48,141 nucleotides of DNA from a bacterium (lineage in GTDB: Bacteria > Calditrichota > Calditrichia > RBG-13-44-9), in the NCBI GenBank assembly GCA_020350205.1, contig CP070707.1:3450276-3498416 (forward strand), given 5' to 3'. The notes under the pieces were generated by a model. The model was not told the origin of the DNA and ran no database searches. It worked only from the letters and a program-made list of their open reading frames with translations. Position 1 is the first letter of the stretch; each line of letters begins with the position of its first letter. The position numbers and the translations under genes are program-made. Shown piece after piece: positions 8,232-16,788 of this stretch.

Positions 8232-9980
8232 TTAGTACGATGCCGGATAGATATGCCGAATCCGTTGGTCACGATAACCAAAGTTCAAGGAAATCCTAAA
8301 AGATAGCAGGTTTTCCCATTCCTGAGGTTCAAATTTCATCCGGCGATAGTGAAATTCTAGAAACAGATTACGGACGATCTCGTAGTGTACTGACGCCCCA
8401 TAAGTCTGTTGTGATTTGCGGACACCATCAAGGAAGATAACTTCCGGGGAATCTCCTGATTCCCAGGGATGATCTGGATCTCCGCCCACATTCCGGTCAG
8501 CGGGATTAGATCCATGACGATAATGTTCATATTCAATTGCTGCCATCAAAAATTTTGAAAATCGCTGGCGAAACCTGAGAAATATTTGATCAGAGTTAGG
8601 TCCGATATAATGACCCAGTACAGTATCATAGTGTTTATATTTGTTATAATCGTAATAGGAATGACTGTATACGTAAGGTTTTACCCGGCCGTATTCCGCC
8701 AACAAATCTGCATTTTTGAAAAAGAGCGGATTTACCAAAAAGGTGCCTGCCTGGTATCCGAATTTATTTCCATACCATTTTGTACCCAGTTTTGTGGTGG
8801 TGATATCATCGATGAACCACTCTCCAAAGATTTTTGCACCGGGCCACATTCGCCACTCAAAATCTACTCCCAATACCCCATTGTCCCGATCTCCATAGTA
8901 ATGTTCAACCGATTTAAAAAAGCTGATGGGATTTAGGTAACCCAGTTGTAAGGAACGGTCCCCATACACCACACCCTCACTCAGCCCGATTTGGATACCC
9001 TTTCCCACATCCAATTCCAGTCTATTTCCGGACCAGTACTGGTCAATATGAGGTTGGCTTTTAATACTAACACGTCCTTCAGGTGATATGTATTGTAAAA
9101 AGGCCGTGAGATGGGTAAACTTAAAACGCCAGTATTTAACCATAAATTTTATCTGATCATAGACAGTGGAATTTGTTGACAACATAAGGTTTCCGTTATG
9201 ACCCACCCCCCACTGGTTAAATTCCCGGCCATAAGACAGATAAAAATATTTATAGCTGAAACTGAGATAAGCGACATTTTCATCAAACTCAAACTTTCCA
9301 TTATCTCTGCGCGTTAAATAAGGCCATCCGGATTCTTCCCAGACCTCGAAGGGTAATTTAATACCCTCCCACCTCTCATCAGTGAGGTGATTATCGGTCA
9401 GATCAAAATAGAATCCGAAATAAGATCCCAGATTGCCGTAAAAATTGAGTCCATTGCTGATGTGGATTAGTTCATATCTACCGGTTTCTTCATCCATCCT
9501 TTGCTGTGAACTGTAACTTAAGATTGGATCGATATAAAGATTGAACTCTTTATGATTTATAGACACAAAATTGCGATAATTCCGATAGAGCAGCTGGTTG
9601 AGAAATTTCAGTGGGGTTTTCCTGAATAAAAAGTACAGCCGCGGTCGCCATAATTCATATTGATTTGATTTTTGAAATCGGGTATCTCTCTGTAATTCTT
9701 CCTCAAATTCATGGGTCAGGTAGTAGAGTTGGTCGACATCCACACCGCTGAATTTTTCAGGAGCTTTCACATAAGTTTGCCAGACTTCAGACACATACTG
9801 GGCCATTTCCTGGCGGGTAAAGGGTTTGGTATTGTTGAACACAGTCTGAATGTATCCCTGAATTTCCCAGCGTTCCACTGCATCGTAGGCCCAATGTGAG
9901 AGCGGAACAGATACCGTTTGGCTGAAAGAAACGGTTGCTAGAATCAAGATCAGAATCAGTGAGGACGCATACCTTTGCAT
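8232..9980 (-). CDS. Capsule assembly Wzi-like outer-membrane beta-barrel protein
   Basis: Signal peptide; N-terminal 'VPLSHWAYD..ER....G...NTKPFTRQE' helical bundle; GR...QWG.G..G.L.LS, GYLNP.SF...EH..GDRDN and LGH..GPNSD motifs. Confidence 0.75.
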   Translation of the reverse strand: MQRYASSLILILILATVSFSQTVSVPLSHWAYDAVERWEIQGYIQTVFNNTKPFTRQEMAQYVSEVWQTYVKAPEKFSGVDVDQLYYLTHEFEEELQRDTRFQKSNQYELWRPRLYFLFRKTPLKFLNQLLYRNYRNFVSINHKEFNLYIDPILSYSSQQRMDEETGRYELIHISNGLNFYGNLGSYFGFYFDLTDNHLTDERWEGIKLPFEVWEESGWPYLTRRDNGKFEFDENVAYLSFSYKYFYLSYGREFNQWGVGHNGNLMLSTNSTVYDQIKFMVKYWRFKFTHLTAFLQYISPEGRVSIKSQPHIDQYWSGNRLELDVGKGIQIGLSEGVVYGDRSLQLGYLNPISFFKSVEHYYGDRDNGVLGVDFEWRMWPGAKIFGEWFIDDITTTKLGTKWYGNKFGYQAGTFLVNPLFFKNADLLAEYGRVKPYVYSHSYYDYNKYKHYDTVLGHYIGPNSDQIFLRFRQRFSKFLMAAIEYEHYRHGSNPADRNVGGDPDHPWESGDSPEVIFLDGVRKSQQTYGASVHYEIVRNLFLEFHYRRMKFEPQEWENLLSFRISLNFGYRDQRIRHIYPASY

Positions 9981-10009
9981 AAATAGCCCGTGATTATTTC
10001 ACTTCCTAC

Positions 10010-11245
10010 TTAATTTTGACGATGATGAATCACTTCTCCATGGCGGATGACCATCTTGACATGATTCATACCATAATGATACGGAATATATTGATAATTA
10101 GGAACCTGCTGGAGTACAATATCTGCTTTTTTCCCTACTTCCAGGCTGCCCAATTGTTTGAGTCTATCAATGGCCCCCGCACTGTGGAGTGTGGAAGCCC
10201 AGATCGTTTCTGCCGGGGTCATCTTCATCTGGGTGCATGCTAATGAGAGGATCAGATTCATGTTCTGGGTAAAGGAGCTTCCTGGATTATAATCAGTCGC
10301 CAGTGCTACCTTGACTCCGTGCCGAATCATTTTACGGGCAGGTGCATAATGCTCTTTCCCTAGGAAAAATGCAGTTCCGGGTAATAAAACAGCTGTAACC
10401 CCGGAATCCCTCATGGCCTTTATTCCCTTATCAGAAACTTTTAGCAGATGATCTGCTGAAATTGCACCCATTTTTGCAGCCAGTTCAGCTCCTCCTAATG
10501 GGGAGAGTTCATCAGCATGTAATTTCAATTTCAGGTCATGATCTTTGGCTGCCTGAAGAATTTTCTCACTTTCGGGAATACTGAATACATTTTTCTCTGT
10601 GAAGACATCACAAAATTCTGCCAGATTTTCTTCCGCCACAGCGGGGATCATCTCCTTAATGATAAGCTCAATGTAATCTTCGCGTTTATCTCGAAACTCA
10701 TCCGGGACTTCATGAGCTCCCAGGAAAGTCGGGACGATGGTGATGGGCAGATTTTCACTGATTTTCTTCAGAATACGCAGGCTTTTTAATTCATCCTCCA
10801 GGGAGAGTCCATAACCGCTTTTTGCTTCGATGGTAGTGGTACCATATTCAATAAATTGTGAAATCCTCTGATACGTCAATTCAACCAGCTGCTGGAAGGA
10901 AGCTTTTCGAAAGGCCCGAACACTGTTCCGGATACCGCCGCCCTGCGCTGCAATCTCCTCATATGATTTACCCAGGATGCGCATTTCGAATTCTTCTTCG
11001 CGGGTTTTATAAAATACGGGATGAGTGTGCGGATCCACAAAGCCGGGCAGAGCCCAGCAGTTTTGTCCATGAATTTCCGTCGCATCAGGATACTGCTGCT
11101 TCAGTACATCGGCGGAATCGATCGCGGCAATCTGAGTCCCGTTGATTATAATCGCAACATTCTCCCGGATATCCAATTCGTTGAAAATCAAGTCACTCCG
11201 TGGGGTAACAATGCCTTTTAAATGCGTGAGAATCTTGGGATTCAT
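10010..11245 (-). CDS. hutI: Imidazolonepropionase
   Basis: PGFVDPHTHPVF, GGGIRNSV, GTTTIEAKSGYGL, TFLGAH, HADEL, SADHL and ALATDYNPGSS motifs. Confidence 0.95.
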   Translation of the reverse strand: MNPKILTHLKGIVTPRSDLIFNELDIRENVAIIINGTQIAAIDSADVLKQQYPDATEIHGQNCWALPGFVDPHTHPVFYKTREEEFEMRILGKSYEEIAAQGGGIRNSVRAFRKASFQQLVELTYQRISQFIEYGTTTIEAKSGYGLSLEDELKSLRILKKISENLPITIVPTFLGAHEVPDEFRDKREDYIELIIKEMIPAVAEENLAEFCDVFTEKNVFSIPESEKILQAAKDHDLKLKLHADELSPLGGAELAAKMGAISADHLLKVSDKGIKAMRDSGVTAVLLPGTAFFLGKEHYAPARKMIRHGVKVALATDYNPGSSFTQNMNLILSLACTQMKMTPAETIWASTLHSAGAIDRLKQLGSLEVGKKADIVLQQVPNYQYIPYHYGMNHVKMVIRHGEVIHHRQN

Positions 11246-11748
11246 TTAAAATCCTTGGCCAGTTTTTTAACTGTTTTCGCTAGCTTTTGATACGATTTAT
11301 CCAGCGCTTCGGAAATGACTTTGGTGTTTGAAATGACCGGCATAAAATTGGTATCCCCATTCCAGCGCGGTACAACATGAAAATGAATATGATCCTCCAC
11401 ACCTGCACCTGCAACTCTTCCCAGATTCATACCGATGTTAAACCCATGGGGAATCATGTCTTTCTGTAGTACCTGTATTGATAACTGTACCAGGTGGAAC
11501 AGATCTGCTTTTTCATCTGTCTCAAGGTCGCTAATATCACCAGAATGACGGTAAGGCACCACCATAAGATGTCCATTATTGTAAGGATACCGGTTCATAA
11601 TAATAAATGCATCCTCACTCCGATATAGTATCAGATTTTTTCGATCTCTTTTTTGCTTCAGGCGATGACAAAAAATACAGGGTTCAGAAATGCCTTGCTT
11701 TTCTTTAAGTATGTATTCCATGCGCCAGGGGGCCCAAAGGTTTTCCAT
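11242..11748 (-). CDS. HIT family hydrolase (Ap4A phosphorylase/FHIT-like)
   Basis: LWAPWR, CIFC, NRYPYNNGHLMVVP and GAG..DHIHFHVVPRW.GD.NFM motifs; ATGA overlap with hutI. Confidence 0.92.
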   Translation of the reverse strand: MENLWAPWRMEYILKEKQGISEPCIFCHRLKQKRDRKNLILYRSEDAFIIMNRYPYNNGHLMVVPYRHSGDISDLETDEKADLFHLVQLSIQVLQKDMIPHGFNIGMNLGRVAGAGVEDHIHFHVVPRWNGDTNFMPVISNTKVISEALDKSYQKLAKTVKKLAKDFK

Positions 11749-11809
11749 TGTTGATCCTAAAATTTAATAAGTTATGAAAATGAGAAAGTAAAATAAATAA
11801 TTGTCAACT

Positions 11810-11843
11810 AAAAAAAAAGCCCTATGGAATTTCTCCACAGGGC
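11810..11843 (-). terminator. Intrinsic terminator downstream of the EF-G paralog
   Basis: Minus strand reads GCCCTGTGGA-GAAAT-TCCATAGGGC followed by T9. Confidence 0.85.
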
Positions 11844-11865
11844 CTCTTTAAGTAAGTTTCCTGTT

Positions 11866-13941
11866 TTAGTGTTGTTCTTCTTTTTCCTTTTTGGCCTGTT
11901 CGATGATTTTTTGGGCCATTTCATGTGGAACTTCTTCATAATGGGAGAATTTTTGGGTGAAAATACCCCTTCCCTGCGTCATTGAACGGAGCGTGGTTGA
12001 ATATTTGTGTAGCTCTGCCAGAGGAACCTTGGCCTTGATAACCTGGAAACTTCCCTCTGAATCCATTCCGGAGATCTTACCTCGCTTACTGGATATGTCT
12101 CCCATTACATCACCCATATATTCTTCCGGAACCTTTACCTCTATGTTATAGATGGGTTCCAGCAAAACTGGTTTGGCTTGCGTGAATCCCTCTTTAAAAG
12201 CCGCCTTTCCGGCGATCTGGAAAGCGATGTCGCTGGAGTCCACTGGATGCATTTTCCCGTCATAAAAATCAACTTTTAAGTCAACCACCCGATAACCGGC
12301 TATGATTCCTTCCTCGCAGGCTGCATTTACTCCCTTTTCCACTGAGGTTACATACACGCGATCAACATTCTGACCCACCAGAGAGTTGGTAAACAGAAGG
12401 CCCTCTCCCCTTGGTTGTGGTTCGATTCGCATCCATACTTCGGCAAACTGACCGGCACCACCGCTCTGTTTTTTATGGCGATATTTACCGTCTGATTTTC
12501 CTTTTATGGTTTCCCGATATGGAATTTTGGGATCTTTAATGTTGACTTCTACTCCAAATTTTTGTTTCAATCTTTTGACAATAATGTCCAGATGCAATTC
12601 TCCCTGTCCAGCAATGATAGTCTGCTTAAGCTCGGGATCGAAACGAATAATAAAGGAAGGATCTTCCTCGTGAAGCGCGTGGAATCCGGAGGAAATTTTT
12701 CCTTCATCTCCCTTGGATTTTGGGGAAAAAGCTAGCATGACCAGAGGTTCAGGTAATTCAGGTTTGGGGAGTTGAAATGGTTTGGATTTGGTACAGAGCG
12801 TATCACCGGTGTGGGTTCCTTTCAGTTTTACCAGCGCCCCGATATCTCCAGCATGCAACTGATCTACATTTTGTTTGTTTTTACCGGAAAGGTCAAAGAT
12901 CTGTCCCACTCTTTCAGTCGATCCCTGGGTTGAATTAAGAACTTCGTCTCCACTCTTGAGGATGCCTGAAAAAACCCTGACGAAAGAGAGTTCACCTACA
13001 TGAGCCTCCGATACCGTTTTAAAAATGGATGCGGTCAGAGGTTCGTTGTCGGACGGTTTCCTTTCGCTGTCATCAGTAGATTTGAAAGCCGGCATATCGG
13101 TCGGTGCCGGACTGTAATCAACTATAAAATCAAGTAGACTGGAAACACCCACATTATGGGTTGCTGAGGTACAAAAAATTGGAAATAACTTGCGATTGAG
13201 AAATCCCTTTTTAAATCCAGTTTTGAACTCTTCATCAGAGAGTTCACCCACTTCAAAAAATTTCTCCAGTAAAGCATCGTCGCTCTCTGCGACTGCTTCA
13301 ATCAGCTGGGTTCTTAATTCATCCGCGCGTCCTTTTAGATCTGCCGGGATTTCCTCCTGAGTAGATTTACCAGTTTGATCCTGCGGATAGGTGACCATTT
13401 TCATTTTAAAGAGATCAACAATTTTGTAAAAATTGTGACCGGTTTCGACCGGAAATTGCGCCAGCATAATATTGTGGCCGAATCTTTCCTTCATGCGGTT
13501 GACAATGTCATCAAAATTAATGTTTTCACGGTCAAGTTTATTCAGAATAAAAGTGACCGGTTTCTGATACTTTTCCGCCAGACTCCATATCTGTTCACTT
13601 CCCACTTCAATCCCGGAAGAAGCCGAAATAAGAAGTAGAACATTCTCCACGCAACTCAGTCCGTTAATCACATCGCCGAAAAAGTCAAAAAAACCAGGAT
13701 TGTCGATGATATTTATTTTATGTTTGTTCCATTCTGCATGAAGCAGGGAGGTACTGATAGAAATCTGACGCTCGATTTCATCTTCATTGTAATCTGAAAT
13801 GGTATTTCCCTGTTCTACGCTTCCCAAACGGGTGGTTGCACCCATGGTGTAAAGCATGGCTTCTACCAGCGAGGTTTTTCCGGAACCACCGTGGGAGCCG
13901 GTTCCAATATTTCTAATATTCTCACCTGAATAATTTTTCAA
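11866..13941 (-). CDS. fusA: Elongation factor G paralog (EF-G II / EF-G2-like)
   Basis: Full five-domain EF-G with divergent G motifs (SHGGSGKT, RQISI, DNPGF, NKLD), plus KKQSGGAGQ and HPVDSS. TTG start with AAGGAGG RBS. Not in the str operon. Confidence 0.92.
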   Translation of the reverse strand: MKNYSGENIRNIGTGSHGGSGKTSLVEAMLYTMGATTRLGSVEQGNTISDYNEDEIERQISISTSLLHAEWNKHKINIIDNPGFFDFFGDVINGLSCVENVLLLISASSGIEVGSEQIWSLAEKYQKPVTFILNKLDRENINFDDIVNRMKERFGHNIMLAQFPVETGHNFYKIVDLFKMKMVTYPQDQTGKSTQEEIPADLKGRADELRTQLIEAVAESDDALLEKFFEVGELSDEEFKTGFKKGFLNRKLFPIFCTSATHNVGVSSLLDFIVDYSPAPTDMPAFKSTDDSERKPSDNEPLTASIFKTVSEAHVGELSFVRVFSGILKSGDEVLNSTQGSTERVGQIFDLSGKNKQNVDQLHAGDIGALVKLKGTHTGDTLCTKSKPFQLPKPELPEPLVMLAFSPKSKGDEGKISSGFHALHEEDPSFIIRFDPELKQTIIAGQGELHLDIIVKRLKQKFGVEVNIKDPKIPYRETIKGKSDGKYRHKKQSGGAGQFAEVWMRIEPQPRGEGLLFTNSLVGQNVDRVYVTSVEKGVNAACEEGIIAGYRVVDLKVDFYDGKMHPVDSSDIAFQIAGKAAFKEGFTQAKPVLLEPIYNIEVKVPEEYMGDVMGDISSKRGKISGMDSEGSFQVIKAKVPLAELHKYSTTLRSMTQGRGIFTQKFSHYEEVPHEMAQKIIEQAKKEKEEQH

Positions 13942-14013
13942 AGGTATCCTCCTTATCGTACTTTCTCAATATAAAACGAATGGAATTAACTCATCAACAA
14001 AAGACAGACCTCG

Positions 14014-14042
14014 AATATAATAAACCATGAAATTGCTGTCAA
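14014..14042 (-). promoter_or_regulatory. Sigma70-type promoter of the EF-G paralog
   Basis: Minus strand TTGACA (14042-14037), 17 nt, TATATT (14019-14014). Confidence 0.65.
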
Positions 14043-14149
14043 GCGCTTTGTAATAGGGAAAAAATCCCCCTTCAAACTCGATCCATTAATTGATTTATCA
14101 CCCTATTCCTGATAAATTTATCGATCCTAATTCCAACCTGAGCAAACCT

Positions 14150-14178
14150 TTGCTTTCTACATTAGAATGTATTAAAAT
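14150..14178 (+). promoter_or_regulatory. Sigma70-type promoter for the GH2-like gene and smc
   Basis: TTGCTT, 17 nt, TAAAAT; followed by AGGAG and ATG 14201. Confidence 0.55.
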
Positions 14179-14200
14179 TAGCGTTTGTCAAGGAGACGCT

Positions 14201-16765
14201 ATGTTTCAATCCGGAAGATCGGGATTCTTCCTTTTCTGGTTTGTTCTCATGTTCATTTCGTTCCTGTCTGGACAGGAGCAAATGGTATTTTTTTCTCAAT
14301 CGGAACAGCTGATCGGTGAACAAGAAAGATTTTTTACCCGACAGTTGAGCCCTGCTCGATCGATGCTGCTGTTAAACGGAACCTATGATTTGTTAGATGG
14401 AGAATCCCGGATTCGATTAGGGCAAATAACGATGCCCTCCGTATTTCACCACTCGCGCTCCCTGATTTTCCAAAAAATTTTTCCAAAACAGGAAAACCCT
14501 GATTCACGGTATTTTCTTTACCTGGAAAGATTGGTAGGATCTATACGGATTTCGATCAATGACCAGTTACTTTATGAAGGAAGCCGTAATTTTCAACCCC
14601 TCCTAATTTCTGTCCCGTCTGATTTAGTAACACGTCAAAGTAATACGCTTGCCATTTATGTGACTCCCTGGCGGGGATTAAAAAATCAATTACCGGCATG
14701 GATTCCTATAAATATGCCCCGGGTGGATCATGGTTCGAGTGGGGCGATATATTTAAGCATGATGCCGGAAACTGCCATAACGGGGCTTGACTATCGTACC
14801 TACTCCCGAAATGAGAGCGGAATTATTGAGGGAGAATTTATGATTTCTTCCTCTACGACTCACCTCTCCAATATCCAAATAACGGTACAAATATTTCAGA
14901 AAAATCAATTGTTAGGTACTTTTCCCATCGGAACGAACCTTGACTCAAGCTTAAGTCAACAACGGATACCTTTCAAAATCATACTTCAACCCCGCTCAGT
15001 CTGGTCTCCGGAGAATCCGGGTTATTATCGCATGATGATAAATATTTCTAAAGATAACAGGATCATAGATCAATATTCCAGTCGGGTGGCATTTCGCGAT
15101 ATCGAGATACGTAATAATAGGCTGTATTTAAATAATGAACCATTTTCCTGGAAAGGTATAAACTACGTTTATCAAGACTCGAGAGGTGTGAGCTTGTTCG
15201 ATAGGAGACTGGTGATAGCAGACCTCCAGAAACTGAAATCCAGGGGTTTTAATTTGATCCGAATTCCCTATTTCCCGCAATCGGAACGTTTTTATGATTT
15301 GACGGATTCTCTGGGAATTTTGTGCCTGCAGGATCTTCCGCTGCCTCTGCTCGCTGATTACCTCTTTACTGACAGTACCAAGACCACGAACTTGTTCAAT
15401 TATGTGAAACATTTTAAAAAATTAATTGGCCCTCATCCCTCGGTAATCGCCGTAGGATTGAATAATTTTTACCTGGATAATACTTCAGTTGGAAGTGCCA
15501 TGCTGGATTCCCTTGCCCGTCTTGCTGAGTCCGACGGGGAGTGGCTCAGTTATATCAGCCATTTTGATCAGGTTGCTTTACAGAAATCATCGGCACAGTT
15601 TGGTATTCTGGAAATCCTTGAACGCCCGTTGCCATGGGAAAAATTCGATGAGGATTTCGATAGTGAGGGTATGCCGTATCCATTAATTTTATCCGCTTTA
15701 TCCCTACCGCTATCTTTACCGTTTGATACTTCTCAAGTTTCAGCAAACCTTTTACCTCTGCAGAAAATGTATATGAAATTATTGGAGTATCCGGCAAAAG
15801 AAAAATTAGTTGGCCAATTATTTTACACTTATTCAGACTATATCTTGGAGACACCCTCTCTGCAATCAGGAACAATAGCAGACAATGAATACCAGACATA
15901 TCCTCAGGGATTATGGAGCAAAGACCGGAAGATTAAACCTTTAGCTGAATCGATTCTTAAGGGCAACTGGATTCCTCAGGAGGGGGACCCCAGATCTACT
16001 ATCCAGAAGGAAATTCATACCTATCTCTTTCTAATTATCGGAATTGTTAACCTGTTTATTTTCCTGTTTCTTTATCGTTCGTTTATGGAATTTCGCAAGA
16101 ATATTTTCAGATCCCTCCGCAAGCCGCATGGATTCTTTGTTGAACTCCTGGAACGACGAATAATCAGTTATGAACAGAGTTTTTACCTGATCCTGGTGAT
16201 TTCCGTTAACGCAGCAGTGATGCTGGGAGGCATTATTTACTTCTTCAGAAATAATCTTCTCATGGATTACCTGATCTCCTTAATTTTACCTCAGGCTATT
16301 GCCAAACAGTATGCGATCCATATCATCTGGAAACCCTATCTGCTGATCCCTGCGATTGTTGGTCTCATCATTATTACGTTTCTATTTTTAACCATAATTA
16401 TCCAGCTTTTTTCATTTTTCAGAAGACCTCGGATCAGACTTAGACAAGCGGTGGCAACAAGTACCTGGGCAGCCTCACCGTTCTTACTGCTCTTGCCTTT
16501 CGGAATGTTTTTTTATAACCTTTTACTGGTTATGAAATCCTATTGGATTTTGGGGATTGCTCTATTATATTTTCACGTTTGGTATGTAATCAGATGGTTA
16601 AATGGTGCCCGCGTGATGACTATTTCGTCCTACCTGCGGGTTATTGTATTTTCGCTTTTTCTTGGGATTTTCTTGGGAGCTGGTATCTATTTCCTCTTTT
16701 ACCATGATCTAACCTTGACCGTTCACCTGAAAATGCTGATACAAATTTTAACCGAACATATTTAA
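14201..16765 (+). CDS. GH2-like (beta-galactosidase/glucuronidase fold) protein fused to a C-terminal multi-pass membrane domain
   Basis: Signal peptide; LLNG.Y, WSPENP..Y, FRDIEI....LYLN.EP...KGINY, D...LK..GFNLIR and HPSVIA motifs; about 6 C-terminal TM helices. AGGAG RBS supports ATG 14201. Confidence 0.75.
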   Translation: MFQSGRSGFFLFWFVLMFISFLSGQEQMVFFSQSEQLIGEQERFFTRQLSPARSMLLLNGTYDLLDGESRIRLGQITMPSVFHHSRSLIFQKIFPKQENPDSRYFLYLERLVGSIRISINDQLLYEGSRNFQPLLISVPSDLVTRQSNTLAIYVTPWRGLKNQLPAWIPINMPRVDHGSSGAIYLSMMPETAITGLDYRTYSRNESGIIEGEFMISSSTTHLSNIQITVQIFQKNQLLGTFPIGTNLDSSLSQQRIPFKIILQPRSVWSPENPGYYRMMINISKDNRIIDQYSSRVAFRDIEIRNNRLYLNNEPFSWKGINYVYQDSRGVSLFDRRLVIADLQKLKSRGFNLIRIPYFPQSERFYDLTDSLGILCLQDLPLPLLADYLFTDSTKTTNLFNYVKHFKKLIGPHPSVIAVGLNNFYLDNTSVGSAMLDSLARLAESDGEWLSYISHFDQVALQKSSAQFGILEILERPLPWEKFDEDFDSEGMPYPLILSALSLPLSLPFDTSQVSANLLPLQKMYMKLLEYPAKEKLVGQLFYTYSDYILETPSLQSGTIADNEYQTYPQGLWSKDRKIKPLAESILKGNWIPQEGDPRSTIQKEIHTYLFLIIGIVNLFIFLFLYRSFMEFRKNIFRSLRKPHGFFVELLERRIISYEQSFYLILVISVNAAVMLGGIIYFFRNNLLMDYLISLILPQAIAKQYAIHIIWKPYLLIPAIVGLIIITFLFLTIIIQLFSFFRRPRIRLRQAVATSTWAASPFLLLLPFGMFFYNLLLVMKSYWILGIALLYFHVWYVIRWLNGARVMTISSYLRVIVFSLFLGIFLGAGIYFLFYHDLTLTVHLKMLIQILTEHI

Positions 16766-16788
16766 GAAATTAATACGAACTTTGCCGA

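Noticed and set aside
11802-11807. Perfect minus-strand TTGACA upstream of the HIT gene
   Set aside because: No credible -10 hexamer at 16-18 nt spacing.
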